Below, piece after piece: positions 60,431 to 64,000 of a stretch of 64,000 bases of DNA (positions are counted from its first letter, which is position 1; the number at the start of each line of letters is the position of its first letter). The notes beneath the pieces are model-generated. The model made no database searches. It was not told the origin of the DNA and saw only the letters and a program-made list of their open reading frames with translations. The DNA is taken from positions 39,827-103,826 of the forward strand of contig CABZHD010000003.1 of assembly GCA_902525435.1 (NCBI GenBank), in the 5' to 3' direction. Made by a program: the position numbers and the translations under genes. The stretch is from an uncultured SAR86 cluster bacterium. GTDB taxonomy: Bacteria > Pseudomonadota > Gammaproteobacteria > Magnimaribacterales > AG-339-G14.

Positions 60431-60757
60431 TTAAAGTAAATCAGGATCCCAGAGACTCTCCAGATCATAAAGTTCTCTGGCAGATTTGGACATTATGTTG
60501 ACTACAATATCTCCTAAATCTAATAACACCCATTCGCTTGAACCTTTTCCTTCCACTGAGATAATTGGGATGGATTTTTCCTTTAGGTTCTCTTGAATCT
60601 TGTCTGAAATAGCAGACATATGCCTAGAGGAAGTGCCAGAAGTTATGATCATAATATCTGTGAAACTACTTATATCTTTCAAAGACAATATTTTAGTATC
60701 TACCGCCTTTAATTCTTCCAAAGAATTCATAATTAAATTATGAGAAGTTTTAGTCAT
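60431..60757 (-). CDS. rsfS: Ribosome silencing factor RsfS
   Basis: 108 aa with the FTDIMIITSGTS and WVLLDLGDIVVNIM pattern. Position between nadD and mrdA. Confidence 0.88.
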   Translation of the reverse strand: MTKTSHNLIMNSLEELKAVDTKILSLKDISSFTDIMIITSGTSSRHMSAISDKIQENLKEKSIPIISVEGKGSSEWVLLDLGDIVVNIMSKSARELYDLESLWDPDLL

Positions 60758-61400
60758 GTTTATTATAGATCTTTTGCTCTTGTAAATACTTCAACACATC
60801 ATCGTCAAGACCTTCCGCCAAAACACTTTGATCATCTATATTCTCTCTAATATGAGTTGACGAAGCTGAGTTTGGTTTAATTTGAACAAAATAAATTTTT
60901 CCTTTTTTTAAATTGTTATCTCCATCGATATTTTCAATACAATCTTGATGAAGTTCAATTGCCTTTGCAGTCAGGTCATTATTTAAGCCAGGTCGATTCA
61001 TAACTAATGTTGACGTCATTTTTATGATGTGTTGATAGTTTTTCCATCGATGAAAGGTTTGAAATGAATCCTCTCCAATTATTAATAAAAAATGTTTATT
61101 CTTTCCTAATTTCTTATCCAAGTATTGCAGTGTTTCAATCATAAAAGATGGACCTTTCTTCTTTAATTCATAATCTTCAATTTCAATCTCTTTGAAGTCT
61201 TTGAAAGCTATTTCAAGCATTTTGATTTTTTCCAACGAGCTTGCCACTGAAAGATCTTTTAAAGGAGAAACCTTATTTGGTATTACTAATACTTTAGATA
61301 AGTTTAATTTCTCGGCGACGCATTTTAAGGACTCTATGTGCCCTTTATGAATAGGATCAAAAGATCCTCCAAAGATCCCTATGTAATCTTTTTTACTCAA
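60750..61400 (-). CDS. nadD: Nicotinate-nucleotide adenylyltransferase
   Basis: GGSFDPIHKGH motif and the SSTHIR (ISST-type) motif near the C-terminus. Confidence 0.9.
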   Translation of the reverse strand: MSKKDYIGIFGGSFDPIHKGHIESLKCVAEKLNLSKVLVIPNKVSPLKDLSVASSLEKIKMLEIAFKDFKEIEIEDYELKKKGPSFMIETLQYLDKKLGKNKHFLLIIGEDSFQTFHRWKNYQHIIKMTSTLVMNRPGLNNDLTAKAIELHQDCIENIDGDNNLKKGKIYFVQIKPNSASSTHIRENIDDQSVLAEGLDDDVLKYLQEQKIYNKHD

Positions 61401-62659
61401 GATCTAATTTGGCCTCTTCCTTCCAGAATAAATTTTTGAGTTGTTAAACCATTCAATCCTACAGGTCCCCTAGCATGAAGTTTATCTGTAGATATTCCTA
61501 CCTCAGCTCCCAAGCCATATTCGAATCCATCTGCATAACAAGTTGGTAAATTGTGCATGACAGAGCTTGAGTCAACTAACTTAAAAAATTTATCTTTCTT
61601 TTCTTGGTTTTCAGTGATGATGCTATCCGTATGACCAGAGCCGTAGTGATTAATATGCTTTATTGCTTCGTCTAAGCCTTTGACGATCTTAATTGAAATA
61701 ATTGGTTCTAAATATTCTGTTGACCAATCTTTTTCAGTAGCTTTGTTCGCTGAGACAATATTGAGTGTTTGACTGCATGCCCTTACTTCAACTCCTTGCT
61801 CATTAAATTCATTAACTATCTTTGGCAGGAATTTTTGGGCAATATCTTCAGAGACTAGAAGGGTTTCCATAGCTCCGCAGATACCATATCTATAAGATTT
61901 TGCATTGCTTGCAACTTTTTGCGCCAGCTCTAAATCTGCTTCTGAGTCTACAAATACATGACACAATCCCTCAAAATGCTTAAGTATTGGAACTTTTGAC
62001 TCGGCAGCAATTAGTCTCACCAAACTAGATCCTCCTCGCGGAATAATTAAATCAATGCAGTCATCAAATTTAATGAATTCTTTAACCAAGTCTCGATCTT
62101 GATTTTGAATTAATTGAACACTGTCTTCAGGCAAATTAGCTTTTGTAAGGCCTTTTCTTACTTGTGTAACAATATGGTTATTTGAATGAACGGCCTCAGA
62201 CCCCCCTCTTAAGATTGATGCGTTTCCCGATTTAATGCACAAAGCCGAAGCATCAGCCGTCACATTTGGTCTTGATTCATAGATAATTCCTATAGTGCCT
62301 AAAGGCACTCTCATCTTGCTAACTTTGAATCCTGAAGGTGAAGGATTCATTCCTTCTAACTCTCCAATAGGATCGTTTAAGTTTATGACCTTATTGAGGC
62401 CATCTATCATTGAGTCTACTCTTTTATCATTTAGCTCAAGCCTGTCAATGAAGCTATTTTGCAAGTCCAACTTTTTTGCTTCTACTAAATCTTTTTCATT
62501 TTCTTTGAAAAGATCAGATCTGTTTACATGTATTTCCTCGCAAGCAAATTTTAATGCATCATTTCGTGTGTCCACAGACGAATTAAGCAAGAATTCCTTT
62601 GCTTCTTTAGCTTTAGCTCCTAAAGAATTTAGCTCTTTCTTAAACTTTTGATTCGTCAT
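61397..62659 (-). CDS. proA: Gamma-glutamyl phosphate reductase
   Basis: Aldehyde-dehydrogenase fold with the VMHNLPTCYADGFEYGLGAEVGIST C-terminal pattern. 420 aa, with proA-nadD synteny. Confidence 0.92.
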   Translation of the reverse strand: MTNQKFKKELNSLGAKAKEAKEFLLNSSVDTRNDALKFACEEIHVNRSDLFKENEKDLVEAKKLDLQNSFIDRLELNDKRVDSMIDGLNKVINLNDPIGELEGMNPSPSGFKVSKMRVPLGTIGIIYESRPNVTADASALCIKSGNASILRGGSEAVHSNNHIVTQVRKGLTKANLPEDSVQLIQNQDRDLVKEFIKFDDCIDLIIPRGGSSLVRLIAAESKVPILKHFEGLCHVFVDSEADLELAQKVASNAKSYRYGICGAMETLLVSEDIAQKFLPKIVNEFNEQGVEVRACSQTLNIVSANKATEKDWSTEYLEPIISIKIVKGLDEAIKHINHYGSGHTDSIITENQEKKDKFFKLVDSSSVMHNLPTCYADGFEYGLGAEVGISTDKLHARGPVGLNGLTTQKFILEGRGQIRS

Positions 62660-62703
62660 ATGGGTTATTATGCTATGGATTTAATTATTTCCAGAAAGAT
62701 ATT

Positions 62704-63318
62704 TTGTTTGATCTAAGTAACATTATGGAATTTCTTCAAGCTAATCCTGCTTGGATTACTTCCGCTATGTTCCTGCTTACTTTTGGTGAGTCCATAGTCA
62801 TTCTTGGTTTATTCATTCCAGCAAGTTTAGTCATGCCAGGAATTGGTGCCTTAGCCGCAGCAGTTGGTATCGGCCCAGTTGAGATAATGTTTTATGCTAG
62901 TCTAGGAATGATTATTGGCGACACCGTAAGCTATGCAATAGGACTAATAATTGGCACAAGAATTGAGACCTGGGTACCTATTCAATATCAGAAACAACTT
63001 CATCAAGCAAAGCAATTTATGAATAAGTACGGAATATTGTCTGTTGCTTTGGGTCGGTTTTTAGGACCTTTAAGATGTCTTGTACCCATGACTGCTGGCT
63101 CTCTGGGTATGAGATTTACCATTTTCGCTCCGGTTGAAATATTATCTGCACCTGTTTGGACAGGCTTGTATGTTTTATCGGGATATTTCTTGGGAGAAGT
63201 ATTTATAGAAAATTTCTTAATCGGTATGGGTGTAATTTTTGTTATTATCTTTGTCTACTCAATATGGAAAGATCCTTTTGGAGTAATGAAACAAGCAGGA
63301 GAAAACGATGAAAAGTAA
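62704..63318 (+). CDS. DedA family membrane protein
   Basis: The DedA pattern (FGES..ILGLFIP, G..LGRF.GPLR). The start is either the TTG at 62704 or the ATG at 62725. Confidence 0.8.
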   Translation: MFDLSNIMEFLQANPAWITSAMFLLTFGESIVILGLFIPASLVMPGIGALAAAVGIGPVEIMFYASLGMIIGDTVSYAIGLIIGTRIETWVPIQYQKQLHQAKQFMNKYGILSVALGRFLGPLRCLVPMTAGSLGMRFTIFAPVEILSAPVWTGLYVLSGYFLGEVFIENFLIGMGVIFVIIFVYSIWKDPFGVMKQAGENDEK

Positions 63319-64000
63319 AAATAAATTTTTAGATGGTAATTGGCATCCTGTTGAAGAAACTTCGGCTGAAAACTTAAAAGTCTCAGGAGAAATTCCAAAG
63401 GAATTAGCTGGATTGTTTCTCAGAAACGGTCCAAATCCAAAAAAATTTGATGAGGCTAATTATCATCCTTTTTTTGGTGATGGCATGATTCATGGTCTAA
63501 GACTTGAAAACGGTCAGGCACTTTGGTACCGAAATAAATTTGTGACCTCCCCTAATGGATTTGGTCCAAATACTCACGTCATGAAACATGGAAATAAAAT
63601 ATACGCTCTTGTGGAAGGCGGACTTGCTCCAGTTATTATGGATGAGGAAATGAACTTCCTAGATGAAGAGCCCTTTCCTTCTGCGCAGAACAAGAGATTC
63701 ACTGCTCACCCAAAAATTGATAGTAAATCTGGAGAGATGCATGCTATCAGTTATGACTTTAATGAATATTTAAAAGGAAAGGAACAAGTTCACTATGTAG
63801 TGATTGATAAAAATGGAAAACAAACAAAAGATCAAATTATAGAACTTTCAAGTCGTCCAATGGTTCATGATTGTGCAATCACGGAAAACTATATTTTGGT
63901 TTTTGATCTACCTGCAACCTTTAATTTAGGCAGAAGAGAAGGACAAAACAAAGCAACTTCTGGTGACTATCCGGTGATTTGGGATCAGGATCATAATTCA
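63308..64000 (+). CDS. Carotenoid oxygenase (carotenoid cleavage dioxygenase / RPE65) family protein, N-terminal 231 codons (runs off the right edge)
   Basis: Hand translation gives MKSKNKFLDGNWHPVEE...LRNGPNP...HPFFGDGMIHGLRLENG...FTAHPKID...MVHDCAITENYILVFDLP. The His-containing motifs are typical of CCD enzymes. The frame stays open to the window end. It overlaps the dedA stop by 11 nt. Not in the ORF track. Confidence 0.8.
   Translation, partial: MKSKNKFLDGNWHPVEETSAENLKVSGEIPKELAGLFLRNGPNPKKFDEANYHPFFGDGMIHGLRLENGQALWYRNKFVTSPNGFGPNTHVMKHGNKIYALVEGGLAPVIMDEEMNFLDEEPFPSAQNKRFTAHPKIDSKSGEMHAISYDFNEYLKGKEQVHYVVIDKNGKQTKDQIIELSSRPMVHDCAITENYILVFDLPATFNLGRREGQNKATSGDYPVIWDQDHNS

Overview
AT-rich, extremely gene-dense bacterial chromosome segment. 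Intergenic gaps are mostly under 100 nt, with many 1-20 nt gene overlaps. Gene order looks gammaproteobacterial: rnr-rlmB, lpxC-secA-argJ-(mutT position)-yacG-coaE, ilvIH-ilvC, rluD/bamD, aroQ-accBC, leuS-lptE-holA, proA-nadD-rsfS-mrdAB-mltB-dacA. Assigning it to a streamlined marine gammaproteobacterium is my inference only. About 90% of the window is core housekeeping. I could support roughly 60 protein genes, 5 tRNAs, one tRNA fragment and three genes missing from the ORF track: tuf at the left edge, 57-aa yacG and a 39-aa Cys-rich ORF. A carotenoid-oxygenase gene also runs off the right edge. I found no rRNA, CRISPR array, transposase, integrase, toxin-antitoxin pair or recognisable defence gene. 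The most unusual structure is a ~3.1 kb insertion (26713-29838). It is bounded by a perfect 46-bp duplication of the 3' half of tRNA-Ile(GAU), starting exactly at the anticodon loop. It has 23-bp imperfect inverted repeats and paired TGTGCAC(A) palindromes just inside both ends. It carries an HxlR-DoxX-glutathionyl-hydroquinone reductase-pirin cassette and no recombinase, so it resembles a cis-mobilisable or decayed integrative element. Secondary oddities follow. A stand-alone DsbD alpha-domain gene sits where full-length dsbD normally lies. tRNA-Ile(GAU) and tRNA-Ala(UGC) lie outside any rRNA operon. An ArnT-like/PAP2-flippase-like fusion/GT2 envelope-modification cluster is welded to the 3' end of ilvIHC. 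A ThiE-like gene occupies the mutT position without a Nudix domain. SecA lacks its C-terminal zinc finger. All product calls come from reading the translations for motifs and synteny; no database search was run. tRNA and small-ORF coordinates were counted by hand and could be off by 1-2 nt.
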